Of a DNA stretch of 64,000 nt, positions 49,080 through 58,110 are shown piece after piece (position 1 is the stretch's first letter; each line of letters begins with the position of its first letter). The position numbers and the translations under genes are program-made. The DNA comes from Polyangiales bacterium. GTDB taxonomy: Bacteria; Myxococcota_A; Polyangia; Polyangiales; Ga0077539. The stretch spans positions 128,001 to 192,000 of the forward strand of contig JBGARZ010000007.1 of the NCBI GenBank assembly GCA_044229975.1. The letters are read 5' to 3'. The notes beneath the pieces are model-generated. The model searched no databases and had not been told where the DNA came from. It saw only the letters and a program-made list of their open reading frames with translations.

Positions 49080-51551
49080 ATGACGACAGGGGCCGACGAC
49101 AAGCCCGATGGCCTGACCCTCGGAGCCAACGGACTCACCCTCGAGTTTCTCGCCAACCGGTCGAGCCGGTCGCCCGCGCCGGACGTCGAGCTGTCGTTCA
49201 CGGCACCGGCGCTCGGCGATGCCGCGCTGCGCGTGACCGCTGCGGACGTGCGCGAGGCGCTCAACGAGCTCTACGACATCGAGGTCGAGCTCAACACCCC
49301 CGACGCGTCGCTCGACCTCGACCTGCTCCTCGGCGCGCGCGCGGCGCTCGTCGCGAGCCGCGGGCCCCGGCAGCGCCGCTTCTGCGGCATCGTTCGCCGC
49401 GTCGAGCCGCTGGAGTCATGGGCCGATCGACGGCGCGCTCGCGTGTGGCTGGTGCCTGCGCTCTGGACGCTCTCCCAGCGGTCGGACTGCCGGATCTTCC
49501 AGGGGCTCTCGGCGGTCCAGATCGTCCAGAAGGTCTTGCGCGACGCCGACCTCACGGGAGAGGCGCTGAGCATCGATCTCCGCCGGGAGTATCCCGTCCG
49601 GGAGTACTGCGTTCAGTATCGGGAGACCGACCTCGCGTTCGTGATGCGCCTGCTGGAGGAGGAGGGGATCACCTTCTTCTTCCGACATGATCACGCCGAA
49701 GAGCAGCTCGTGCTCGTGGACTCTCCCAGCTTCGCGCTGGTGCCGACCCTCGACCGGCGCGCGGTGCCCTTCGCTCCGCCGCAGTCCGATCGGGCGCCCG
49801 TGGAGGTCGTCGATCGCTTCGGGCTGACGAGGGAGCTGCGACCCACCGGGGTGACGCTGCGCGACTACGACTTCACGCGCCCCACCGCGGAGGTCGACCT
49901 GACCCGCGCCCGACCTCGCGGCAGTGCGGGCCCGCGCGCCCTCTACGACTACCCGGGCGACTTCACGCAGGGCGAGTACTCCGTCGACGGGCAGTACTAC
50001 ACCGAGCACGACGGGAGCCGCCGGGCCGAGGTGCGGCACCTCGAAGCGCTGACGCCCGAGCGCCGCGCCGGCGGGAGCGGAAACGTCACCGGGTTCATGC
50101 CGGGTCGCGTCTTCGAGCTGCTCGGACACGAACACCCGAGCCACGACCAGCGCTACCTCCTGACCGGTGTCGTGCATCGGTTTCGCGCACCGGAAGAGCT
50201 GCTGGCCGGGGCCGCGCAGACGAGCGACGCGAAGGGTGACGAGCCGTATCGCAACACCTTCGAGTGCACGCCCACGAGCGTGGCGTGGACTCCCCCGCGG
50301 CGCACCCCGCGACCGGCGGTGCTGGCCTCGCAGACCGCGACGGTGGTCGGGCCGCCGGGGGAGGAGATCCACGTCGACTTCCACGGGCGCATCAAGGTCC
50401 AGTTTCATTGGGACCGCCGCGGCAAGCGCGATCACGACAGCTCGTGCTGGATCAGGGTCGCGCAGACGTGGTCCGGCGCCGGATGGGGGACGCACTTCAC
50501 CCCGCGCATCGGGATGGAGGTCGTGGTGACCTTTCTGGAGGGCAACCCCGATCGGCCGCTGGTCATCGGGTGCGTGCCCAACGGCGCCAACGCCACGCCG
50601 TACCACCTGCCCGACATGAAGACCCGCAGCACCATCCGGAGCAACAGCACGCCGGGGGGCAACGGCTACAACGAGCTGCGCTTCGAAGATCGCAGCGGGC
50701 ACGAGCAGGTGTTCGTGCATGCGCAGCGCGACCTCGACGAGGAGGTGCGCCGCCAGCACACCATCAAGACCGGGGAAGACGAGCTCATCACCATCGGCGC
50801 CAACCAGGTCACCAACATCGCCAACGTTCAGCGCATCAGCGTGGGCGCCGACCGCTTCACCACGGTCGAGAAGAGCGACCACGAGAACGTGCTCGAAGAC
50901 CAGGAGCAGGTCGTGGAGGGCGCGCGCACTCGGGTGGTGGTGAAGGACGAGACGGTGACCGTCCACGGTCATCGGACGATGAACATCCATCACGGCGAGA
51001 CGCGCGTCGTCCGCGGCGGATCGTCGACGGTCGTACACCCGATGCCTCCGCCGCCGCCGGGCCATCCGCCGCGGAACGACGACGACGGGCACTTCGCCAA
51101 CAGCACCGCCATTCACGGCAACCAACTCACCCAGATCCACGGGAACGAGCACGTCGAGATCAGCAACCGTAAGACCTACGTGGGGCGCCACGAAGAGCTC
51201 AAGGTCGAGAAGGACTACGTGATCAACGTCGGGGAGTCGGCCAACCTCCTCGTGGGTGACCTCGCCGAGCCCGGCAAGTCCAGCACCGGCTATTACATCG
51301 CCGCCGACACGGTGCGGCTCGGCGGCACGAGCGCCGACCTGAATGAACTTTCTCTTTTGAGAGAGAGCGACAGCATGACGTTTACGCCCGAGGCGATCAC
51401 CGTCGAGAGCCACGGGCGCGACATCGTCATCCAGATCGCGGGCACCGGGACGCACATCAAGATCTCCGGCGACGGCGAGGAGATCGAGATCAGCGCGAAG
51501 AACAGAATCACGCTGAAGGCCGCGAAGATCGCGCTCTCGTCGGGAGGTTAG
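49080..51551 (+). CDS. vgrG: Type VI secretion spike protein VgrG
   Basis: REYCVQYRETDLAFVMRLLEEEGI, GRIKVQFHWDR, SCWIRVAQ.WSG.GWG, PRIGMEVVV.FLEGNPDRP, YNELRFED, HAQRD. Confidence 0.95.
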   Translation: MTTGADDKPDGLTLGANGLTLEFLANRSSRSPAPDVELSFTAPALGDAALRVTAADVREALNELYDIEVELNTPDASLDLDLLLGARAALVASRGPRQRRFCGIVRRVEPLESWADRRRARVWLVPALWTLSQRSDCRIFQGLSAVQIVQKVLRDADLTGEALSIDLRREYPVREYCVQYRETDLAFVMRLLEEEGITFFFRHDHAEEQLVLVDSPSFALVPTLDRRAVPFAPPQSDRAPVEVVDRFGLTRELRPTGVTLRDYDFTRPTAEVDLTRARPRGSAGPRALYDYPGDFTQGEYSVDGQYYTEHDGSRRAEVRHLEALTPERRAGGSGNVTGFMPGRVFELLGHEHPSHDQRYLLTGVVHRFRAPEELLAGAAQTSDAKGDEPYRNTFECTPTSVAWTPPRRTPRPAVLASQTATVVGPPGEEIHVDFHGRIKVQFHWDRRGKRDHDSSCWIRVAQTWSGAGWGTHFTPRIGMEVVVTFLEGNPDRPLVIGCVPNGANATPYHLPDMKTRSTIRSNSTPGGNGYNELRFEDRSGHEQVFVHAQRDLDEEVRRQHTIKTGEDELITIGANQVTNIANVQRISVGADRFTTVEKSDHENVLEDQEQVVEGARTRVVVKDETVTVHGHRTMNIHHGETRVVRGGSSTVVHPMPPPPPGHPPRNDDDGHFANSTAIHGNQLTQIHGNEHVEISNRKTYVGRHEELKVEKDYVINVGESANLLVGDLAEPGKSSTGYYIAADTVRLGGTSADLNELSLLRESDSMTFTPEAITVESHGRDIVIQIAGTGTHIKISGDGEEIEISAKNRITLKAAKIALSSGG

Positions 51552-51554
51552 CTC

Positions 51555-52811
51555 GTGATCGAAGTCGTGAGTGAGATGAAGTACTACGAAGACCCCGCGC
51601 CGGCCGACACGCCGACGAACGAGGCGGACTTCGAGACGCAGGGGAAGGCCCTGATCGCGGCGGTGGACGCCCTGACCCCGACGTGGGCGCAGACGAGGGC
51701 GGGCGACAGCGACGGCGGAGTGGTCAAGGACTTCGGGCGGTGGTTCTCCGAGCTGCAAGACAAGCTCACCGCGTCGGTGCAGTGGAGCGACGCCCACGAG
51801 GCGGCGCACAAGCTCCTTTATCGATATGCGATGTGGAAGATGGAGACGCAGTGGGGGATGAGCCCGGTCCCCGCCAACATCGAATACCTGTGTCGGTTTC
51901 TCGGGAAGGCCGAGGACAACCAGCCGCCGATCAGCCGGATCAACGGCCAGGTTCGGATGCACGGCGGCGTCCTGATGACCGAGAGCAGCGCGTTTTTCGG
52001 TGCGCCGGGCGCCGCGGCGTGGTGCGCGCCGGCGAGCTCGATCCCCATCCAGTCGGTGCTTCGCAAGTACAAGATCATCCTGATGGATGGCGGTGACCCG
52101 CAGGGCGCCTGGGCGAAGAAGCTGAACATCACCGTGTCTGGAGAGGCCCTCGACGCCTATACCCTCACGCCTGGTGACTATCTCCAGATGGTCGGTCACG
52201 GCGGACCGCTGTCAGGCCACATCGCGACGGCGATGAAGGCCGAGCCTGCCACCGGGCCCGCGCAGACCATCTGGTATGTGTCGGGCAACGCGGGTCGCTT
52301 CGGAGGAGGCGCCATCCGCATCGACAGCGTCACGCGGGAGAAGCCCCCGGAGGGGTACAGCTACCGACGGGTGAGCGGGCTCGGCAACGATCGAAACAAC
52401 CTGGGCGGCGACATCAAGAAGCGGCAGGCCAACATCGACAGCCTGCGATCGCAGGGCCACTGGAACCCCACCCAACACAACGACGTGCAGGACGCCAACG
52501 CGGCGGCCGAGGCGCACCGCAAGGAGGTCCAGAAGAAGATCGACGCGGACACGGCCGGCATCGCTGCGGACAAGGCGCAGATCGCCCGGGACGACCAGAG
52601 CCTGATCGACGAAGCCGCGAAGGTGAACCCGGGCGAGAGCGCCGCGACGGCGGAAGCGGCCGAGAAGATGCTCAAGCCGAAGACGCCCGGCACCATCTGG
52701 CTGACCTATGTGGCGACGACCGGGAAGATGGACTTGAACTCCTTGAAGCCATCCACCGATCCGTCGATGGCGTCATGGATGAAGAAGTGGCGCGGCTCCG
52801 CGACCCGCTGA
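51555..52811 (+). CDS. Putative T6SS cargo effector, CHAP/NlpC-P60-like amidase
   Basis: Between vgrG and DUF4280; AWCA...PGD...GHI...VSGN order matches CHAP catalytic motifs; coiled coil follows. Confidence 0.6.
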   Translation: MIEVVSEMKYYEDPAPADTPTNEADFETQGKALIAAVDALTPTWAQTRAGDSDGGVVKDFGRWFSELQDKLTASVQWSDAHEAAHKLLYRYAMWKMETQWGMSPVPANIEYLCRFLGKAEDNQPPISRINGQVRMHGGVLMTESSAFFGAPGAAAWCAPASSIPIQSVLRKYKIILMDGGDPQGAWAKKLNITVSGEALDAYTLTPGDYLQMVGHGGPLSGHIATAMKAEPATGPAQTIWYVSGNAGRFGGGAIRIDSVTREKPPEGYSYRRVSGLGNDRNNLGGDIKKRQANIDSLRSQGHWNPTQHNDVQDANAAAEAHRKEVQKKIDADTAGIAADKAQIARDDQSLIDEAAKVNPGESAATAEAAEKMLKPKTPGTIWLTYVATTGKMDLNSLKPSTDPSMASWMKKWRGSATR

Positions 52812-52821
52812 GGCAACCTTC

Positions 52822-53211
52822 ATGGCGAAGATCGTGGTTCATGGCGCCAGCCTGATGTGCAGTTGCGGCACCGCTCCGTCCTCGCTGACGGTGTTGCCGA
52901 TCGTGGTGTCGGAGGCGGACACGCGCCCCACGGCGACCGTCAACGACTTCGCCCCGATGTTGAACATCGCGCCGTTTGGCATGTGCACGACGCAGCTCAA
53001 CCCCCAGGTTGCCGCCGCGACGGCGGCCGCCATGGGGACACCGACGCCTCAGCCGTGCATCCCGGTGACGACCGCGCCGTGGTCGCCGGGTTCGTCGGTG
53101 GTCACCATCGACGGCCTCAAGGCGCTGACCAACGACTCGACGTGCAAGTGCCAATGGGCCGGCAGCATCTCCGTGAGCGATGCCGGCTCGGGGCAGGTCG
53201 AACTGGACTGA
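52822..53211 (+). CDS. DUF4280 (PAAR-like) spike tip protein
   Basis: VVHGASLMCSCG, NIAPFGMC...NP.V, PCIP...PW.PG, CKCQWAGSI. Confidence 0.9.
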   Translation: MAKIVVHGASLMCSCGTAPSSLTVLPIVVSEADTRPTATVNDFAPMLNIAPFGMCTTQLNPQVAAATAAAMGTPTPQPCIPVTTAPWSPGSSVVTIDGLKALTNDSTCKCQWAGSISVSDAGSGQVELD

Positions 53212-53214
53212 GCG

Positions 53215-54867
53215 TCAGCCCTTGCCGCCGAAGGTCTTCGAGAAGAACCCGGTGATCTTGTTGGTGACCGAGTTCTTCTCCTTGATGTAGGCCTCGCGGC
53301 GCGACTGGAAGAGGTTGAACTCGCGCTGCGCTTCGAGGTTGTTGGGGTTGATCTCCAACGCCTGCTTGAAGAACCCCGGCGCCCGCTTGTCGCCGCGGAA
53401 CTTCAGCGCGATGCCCATCAGGTAGCGGGAGGCGTCGTTGGACTCCACCGTCTTGATGATCTTCGCGAGCCGCGTGATGACCTCTTCGAGGTGCGGCGCG
53501 GGATTGGTCTCCAACAGGCAGCGACAGAGCAGCACGTTGACCGCGATGTCATCGGGGTTCTTCTCCAGCACCCGGCGACAGATCTCGACGGCCTCCAGCG
53601 GCTTGCGCTGGTTGTAGAGAATCTCCGCGCGGTGGGCCTCCTGCACCGTCTCGATGACGTCGTCGACCTTCTTCTGCGCCGCGGGCGTGCCGCCGCCGCC
53701 GGTCATGCGGTCTTCGTACTCGTTGCGGGCCGTGGGGTCGGTGAGCGTGCTGTGGGCCTTGTTGTAGAGCGCGAAGATGTCCGTGTAGACCGCGCGCAGT
53801 TCGGGCGTCGCCACCCGGTCGGGGTGCCACATCGCCGCGAACTTCGGGAAGCGCGAGCGGATGTCCTCCATCGAGGCGCTCGGCAGCAGGTCGAACATCT
53901 CGAAGTAGGTGAAGTGCTGCATGCGCGAGAGCTGCACCTTCGCCTCCTTCACCTTCGGGTCGACGGGCGGCCCCTCCGGCGGAGCGATGGACGCGTTGGG
54001 CGCCGGGATGATCGAGCTGCCCGGCTTCGCCGCAGGCGGATCGCTCGGGCCGCGCGGGGGCGCGATGCTGGCCGCCGCCGCGCTCGCGGTGACGGGCGTG
54101 AGGGCCACCGCCTCGATCTGCTTGGTGAGCGCCAGCAGGTACACCATTGTGCGCACCAGCGTGGGGTTGGGCGCGAGGCCCATGAGCTGCTCGACGCTCG
54201 ACGCCGCGGTGCGGAGCTGCGTCGCCGCGAGGCCCAGCTCGACGCCGAACTCGAAGCGGTCGAACTCGTGGCCCTCGCGCAGCCGCACGCCGCGCGCGCC
54301 GATCTTCACGAACACCGCCGCGAGCGCGTCGTCGGTGGGAGGCGATGACTGCAAGCCCCGCCACACGATGGGAAACACGTCCTCGGCGACCTTCGCGCGA
54401 CCTTCGCCCGAGAGCAGGTCGACGCCGGCGTAGTAGGCGTAGGTGCCCTGCGCGTTGCCGAAGAGCGCCGCGACCTTGCGGCGGAACTGCTCCCGCATCG
54501 CCATCTCCAGCGTCGCCGGGTCGGCCGCGCGCAGCCGCAGCAGCGTGGGGATCTCCTGCGCGCCGGGGGCGTCGAGCGCCTGCTGCGCCTTCACGAACGC
54601 GTCGTCGGTGAGCTTCCCGAGCTCGTGCAGCACCCACGCGAGGTTCTGCGAGAAGCGCGGCAGCTCGACGGCCACGACCGAGCCCTGCTCGAGCACGACG
54701 ATGGACTCGCCCACCCCGTCGTCCTCCGCCCCTTCGGGCGAGAGCACCGGGTTGCGCACCACGAACGACCCCGTCATGCGCTTCTCGCGAGCGTAGAGGA
54801 GGACGTTGGGGAGCGGAGTCTTGGAGAAGGTCCCTTCGGTGGTCGGCTGCGTGGTCGGGGCGGTCAT
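53215..54867 (-). CDS. DUF4388-like + DnaJ (HPD) + TPR protein
   Basis: EGTFSKTPLPNVLLY..EKRMTG; YFEMF...WHPDR...LTDPTARNEY; C-terminal TPRs (ALEINPNNLEA). Confidence 0.85.
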   Translation of the reverse strand: MTAPTTQPTTEGTFSKTPLPNVLLYAREKRMTGSFVVRNPVLSPEGAEDDGVGESIVVLEQGSVVAVELPRFSQNLAWVLHELGKLTDDAFVKAQQALDAPGAQEIPTLLRLRAADPATLEMAMREQFRRKVAALFGNAQGTYAYYAGVDLLSGEGRAKVAEDVFPIVWRGLQSSPPTDDALAAVFVKIGARGVRLREGHEFDRFEFGVELGLAATQLRTAASSVEQLMGLAPNPTLVRTMVYLLALTKQIEAVALTPVTASAAAASIAPPRGPSDPPAAKPGSSIIPAPNASIAPPEGPPVDPKVKEAKVQLSRMQHFTYFEMFDLLPSASMEDIRSRFPKFAAMWHPDRVATPELRAVYTDIFALYNKAHSTLTDPTARNEYEDRMTGGGGTPAAQKKVDDVIETVQEAHRAEILYNQRKPLEAVEICRRVLEKNPDDIAVNVLLCRCLLETNPAPHLEEVITRLAKIIKTVESNDASRYLMGIALKFRGDKRAPGFFKQALEINPNNLEAQREFNLFQSRREAYIKEKNSVTNKITGFFSKTFGGKG

Positions 54868-54916
54868 TGCGATCTGAGCTCCGGAGGGGATAGAGCGAAG
54901 TGCGGGAAGGGCCCGA

Positions 54917-56557
54917 CTATACCGCGCGCCACGCCGTACCCGAAGCACCATCCCGCAGTTCGATGCCGAGGGCGGTGAGCTCGGCCCTGATCTCGTCGGC
55001 CCGCGCAAACTCCCTGCCCTCCCGCGCCGCGGTGCGTTGCCGCACGAGGTCGTCGATGTGCTTCGGGTCGAGCTTGCGGCATCGCACCCGCCGCTCGGTG
55101 ATTCGCGCGAAGAATGCCTCGGGATCGCCCTCGCCCACCCCGAGCACGGCCGTCACGTGGGCGATGGCCGTCCCGGCTGCTTCGAGGTCGCGCGCGTCGG
55201 GCCGCTTGGCGTCGCAGAGCTTGTTGGTGAGCGTGAACACCTGCCCGAAGGGGTCGAGCGCCCCGGCCGTGTTGAGGTCGTCGTCGAGGGCGGCGTCGAA
55301 GTCCCGCACCAGCTTCTTCATGGTGTCGACGAGCGTGGGCTTGGCCTGCACCCCCGCGGCGAGCTTGCCCGCCAGCTTGAGGCGCGTGTCGTAGACGTAC
55401 TCCAGGCGCTTCTCGGCCTGCTCGATGGTGGGGAAGGCCACGTCGTCGCCGACCTCGGCCAGGTCGAAGGCCAGCGGCGCGCGGTAGTGCGTCCCGAGGA
55501 TCCAGAACCGGATGGCCTCGCCGTCGACCCGGTCGCGCAGCCGACGGAGCTGAAACCAGTGCCCGAAGTGCACCTTGCGTTCGAGCACGGCCATCATGGC
55601 GCGGTCGGTGGCGGTGAGCGTGGTGGGGTCGCGGTCGCGGTACCCCTGGAGCTTCTTGGGGTCGGACTTGGACACCTTCCGCAGCTCGGGCTCGCACTCC
55701 TTCAAGATCGGGAGCATCGCGATGACCTCGGGGCTGAAGCCCGAGTGGCGCTCGATGTCGACCTCGATGAAGCCGTGGTGCATCCACGCGCTCGCCATGG
55801 GGCCGTACACCGGCTCGCTCTGGGCGATCTCGTTTTCGTGGTGGGGAAACTTCAGGTCGGGCCCGCCGCCGTGCACGTCGAAGCCGTCGCCGAGGAGCTC
55901 GTGCGCCATGGCCGAGCACTCGATGTGCCACCCGGGGCGTCCATCGCCCCACGGCGAGGACCACCGGGCGCCTTCGGGCTCGTGGGGCTTCGCGGCCTTC
56001 CACAGCGCGAAGTCGTGCTCATTGCGCTTGCCCTCGCCCGTCTTGCCGCGGCCCTCGTCGGCGCACTGCTGGTCGATGTGGCGCTTGGAGAGCTTGCCGT
56101 AGCCCGCGAACTTCGCCGTCTCGTAGTACACGTCGCCGGCCTCGGTGACGTACGCGAAGCCCTTGGCGATGAGGGCTTCGGTGAGGGCGATGATGCCGGG
56201 GATGCTGTCGCTGACGCGCGGCTCGGCCCACGGCGGACGGCACACGAGGGCGCTCACGTCTTCCTGGTAGGCGGCGATGTAGCGGTCGGTGATGGCGCGC
56301 GGGGTGTCGCCGGTGTCGAGCGCCGTCTGGATGATCTTGTCGTCGACGTCGGTGTAGTTGCGGACGTAGCGGACGATGTTTCCCTGGCGTTCGAGGTGGC
56401 GGACGAACACGTCGAAGACCACCGGGCCTCGGGCGTTGCCGACGTGGATGTACCCGTACACCGTGGGGCCGCAGAGGTAGAGCGAGGTCTCGCCAGGGGT
56501 GCGCTGCGGGAGCGGAACAACGGTGTTGGTCAGGCTGTCGTGCAAACGGAAGGACAT
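54917..56557 (-). CDS. cysS: Cysteine--tRNA ligase
   Basis: YLCGPTVY..IHVGN, RNYTDVDDKII, DFALWK, GRPGWHIECSAM, HGGG.DLKFPHHENE, KVSKS, ALDDDLNT, ADEIR. Confidence 0.97.
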   Translation of the reverse strand: MSFRLHDSLTNTVVPLPQRTPGETSLYLCGPTVYGYIHVGNARGPVVFDVFVRHLERQGNIVRYVRNYTDVDDKIIQTALDTGDTPRAITDRYIAAYQEDVSALVCRPPWAEPRVSDSIPGIIALTEALIAKGFAYVTEAGDVYYETAKFAGYGKLSKRHIDQQCADEGRGKTGEGKRNEHDFALWKAAKPHEPEGARWSSPWGDGRPGWHIECSAMAHELLGDGFDVHGGGPDLKFPHHENEIAQSEPVYGPMASAWMHHGFIEVDIERHSGFSPEVIAMLPILKECEPELRKVSKSDPKKLQGYRDRDPTTLTATDRAMMAVLERKVHFGHWFQLRRLRDRVDGEAIRFWILGTHYRAPLAFDLAEVGDDVAFPTIEQAEKRLEYVYDTRLKLAGKLAAGVQAKPTLVDTMKKLVRDFDAALDDDLNTAGALDPFGQVFTLTNKLCDAKRPDARDLEAAGTAIAHVTAVLGVGEGDPEAFFARITERRVRCRKLDPKHIDDLVRQRTAAREGREFARADEIRAELTALGIELRDGASGTAWRAV

Positions 56558-56645
56558 GGTGCAGTGGAGGTAGCCCAGCGCGTCGGGGTGCGGCAAGGGG
56601 CACCGCAAACCTCCGGCGACGGCGGGCGGTGGTACTTAGGCATCC

Positions 56646-57788
56646 ATGGACGCCACCACGCTGCGGTCTCGCATCACCGGGTCGCTCGACGGATTGTTTC
56701 TCGGCGACGCGCTCGGGTGCCCGGTGGAGATGAAGACCCCGGCGGAGATTCGCGCGAAGTACGGCGAGCTGAAGACCCTGGAGGACACGCCCCGCCCGTG
56801 GTGGCGACCCGCGGGATTGCACTCCGACGACAGCCAGCAGGCGATGGCCGTGTGCGACGCGCTCCTCGAAGCGCCGTCGGCGCCCGAAGGTCCCTTCGCG
56901 CGGATGCTGGTGGAGGTGTATCGGGCGTTCAAGGGAGGCCGCGGGCAGCACGGTGGTCACCGCGGGACGGGGAAGAATTTCCGCGAGACCGTGGACAAGC
57001 TCGTCGCGGGCGAGGCGAGCGATCCCTTCGCGGGCGCGCAGCCGACGGCGGGCAACGGCGTGGCGATGCTGGCGGCGCCCATCGCGTGGCGCTTTCCCAC
57101 GGAGCCCGATCGGAGGCTCGCCGCGCTGCTCTCCATCGCGCGCGTGAAGACCACCGACCCACGAGCGGTGGGCGCGGGCGCGGCCGTGGTCGAAGCCGTC
57201 GCCTGGGGCATCGAGCACGGAACGCTCCGCACCCTCGACCACACCCGCTGGATCGACGCGACCGCGCGGGCCGAGCGCGAGGCGGCCAGGGCGTGGGCGG
57301 TGGACGGCCCGACGACGCACGCGTTTTCACGCGCGCTGACGGCGATGCTGGCGCGGCTGCCGTGTCCGCGGGCGGAGATGCTGTCGGCCATCGAGGCGGT
57401 GGCCCTGGCGACGAGCGATCGCCCGGTGGGCCCGAGCGGCGGCTACGCGCTGGGCTCGGTGGTGACGTCGCTGTACCTGGCGCTCGACGCCGCGACGCTG
57501 GAGCGCGCGCTCATCGACGCGGTGAACCTGGGCGACGACGCCGACACGGTGGGCGCGATGGTGGGCGCGGTGCGCGGCGCGGCCGATGGGGCGAGCGCGG
57601 TGCCGCGGCGGTGGCGCGAGGGCCTGTGGGCGAAGGGGGCGTTCAACGACCGGGTCGAGGCGCTGGTGGCCGGGTGGTCGAGCGGATGGAGCGGGCCGGA
57701 GGGCGGGTGGCGGCCGCAGGAGTCGCTCGCGGACAGCGAAGGGCGCTGGTCGAAGATGGCCGACCGGGCGCGCGAGTCGGCGGGGTAG
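56646..57788 (+). CDS. ADP-ribosylglycohydrolase family protein
   Basis: GDALGCPVE, SDDSQ, AGNG, AVNLGDDADTVGAMVG. Confidence 0.92.
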   Translation: MDATTLRSRITGSLDGLFLGDALGCPVEMKTPAEIRAKYGELKTLEDTPRPWWRPAGLHSDDSQQAMAVCDALLEAPSAPEGPFARMLVEVYRAFKGGRGQHGGHRGTGKNFRETVDKLVAGEASDPFAGAQPTAGNGVAMLAAPIAWRFPTEPDRRLAALLSIARVKTTDPRAVGAGAAVVEAVAWGIEHGTLRTLDHTRWIDATARAEREAARAWAVDGPTTHAFSRALTAMLARLPCPRAEMLSAIEAVALATSDRPVGPSGGYALGSVVTSLYLALDAATLERALIDAVNLGDDADTVGAMVGAVRGAADGASAVPRRWREGLWAKGAFNDRVEALVAGWSSGWSGPEGGWRPQESLADSEGRWSKMADRARESAG

Positions 57789-57823
57789 AGGCGAGCGTTC
57801 ATTCAAGCGGGCGGTGATCTCGT

Positions 57824-58101
57824 CCGGTGGTCGCCGGAGTTCGCGTGCCTCCATGAGCCGGGGTGCAGTCGCTCACTCCGGGCTATTTCACGTCGTCACC
57901 CCGCGGCGCGGGGTTGCAGGGCCAGAGGCGTTTCCGCTGCCACGCGCTCACTCGACGGACCCATCGCAGACGCGAAGACGAACAGATTCTCCGCGAGCGG
58001 ATTCTCTGCAACCCCGCGCCGCGGGGTGACGACGTGAAATAGCCCGGAGTGAGCGACTGCACCCCGGCTCATGGAGGCACGCGAACTCCGGCGACCACCG
58101 G
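57824..58101. repeat. Perfect 96-bp inverted-repeat element, family C-related
   Basis: 57824-57919 is the exact reverse complement of 58006-58101; 86-nt spacer; between convergent genes. Confidence 0.92.
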
Positions 58102-58110
58102 GCGCTCGGG

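Noticed and set aside
49080..53211. Prophage tail region
   Set aside because: Motifs are T6SS VgrG and DUF4280; no capsid, terminase, sheath or integrase genes nearby
55568..55757. Intein or intron in cysS
   Set aside because: Inserts are short, in frame, split by the KVSKS motif and lack C/S...HN intein termini
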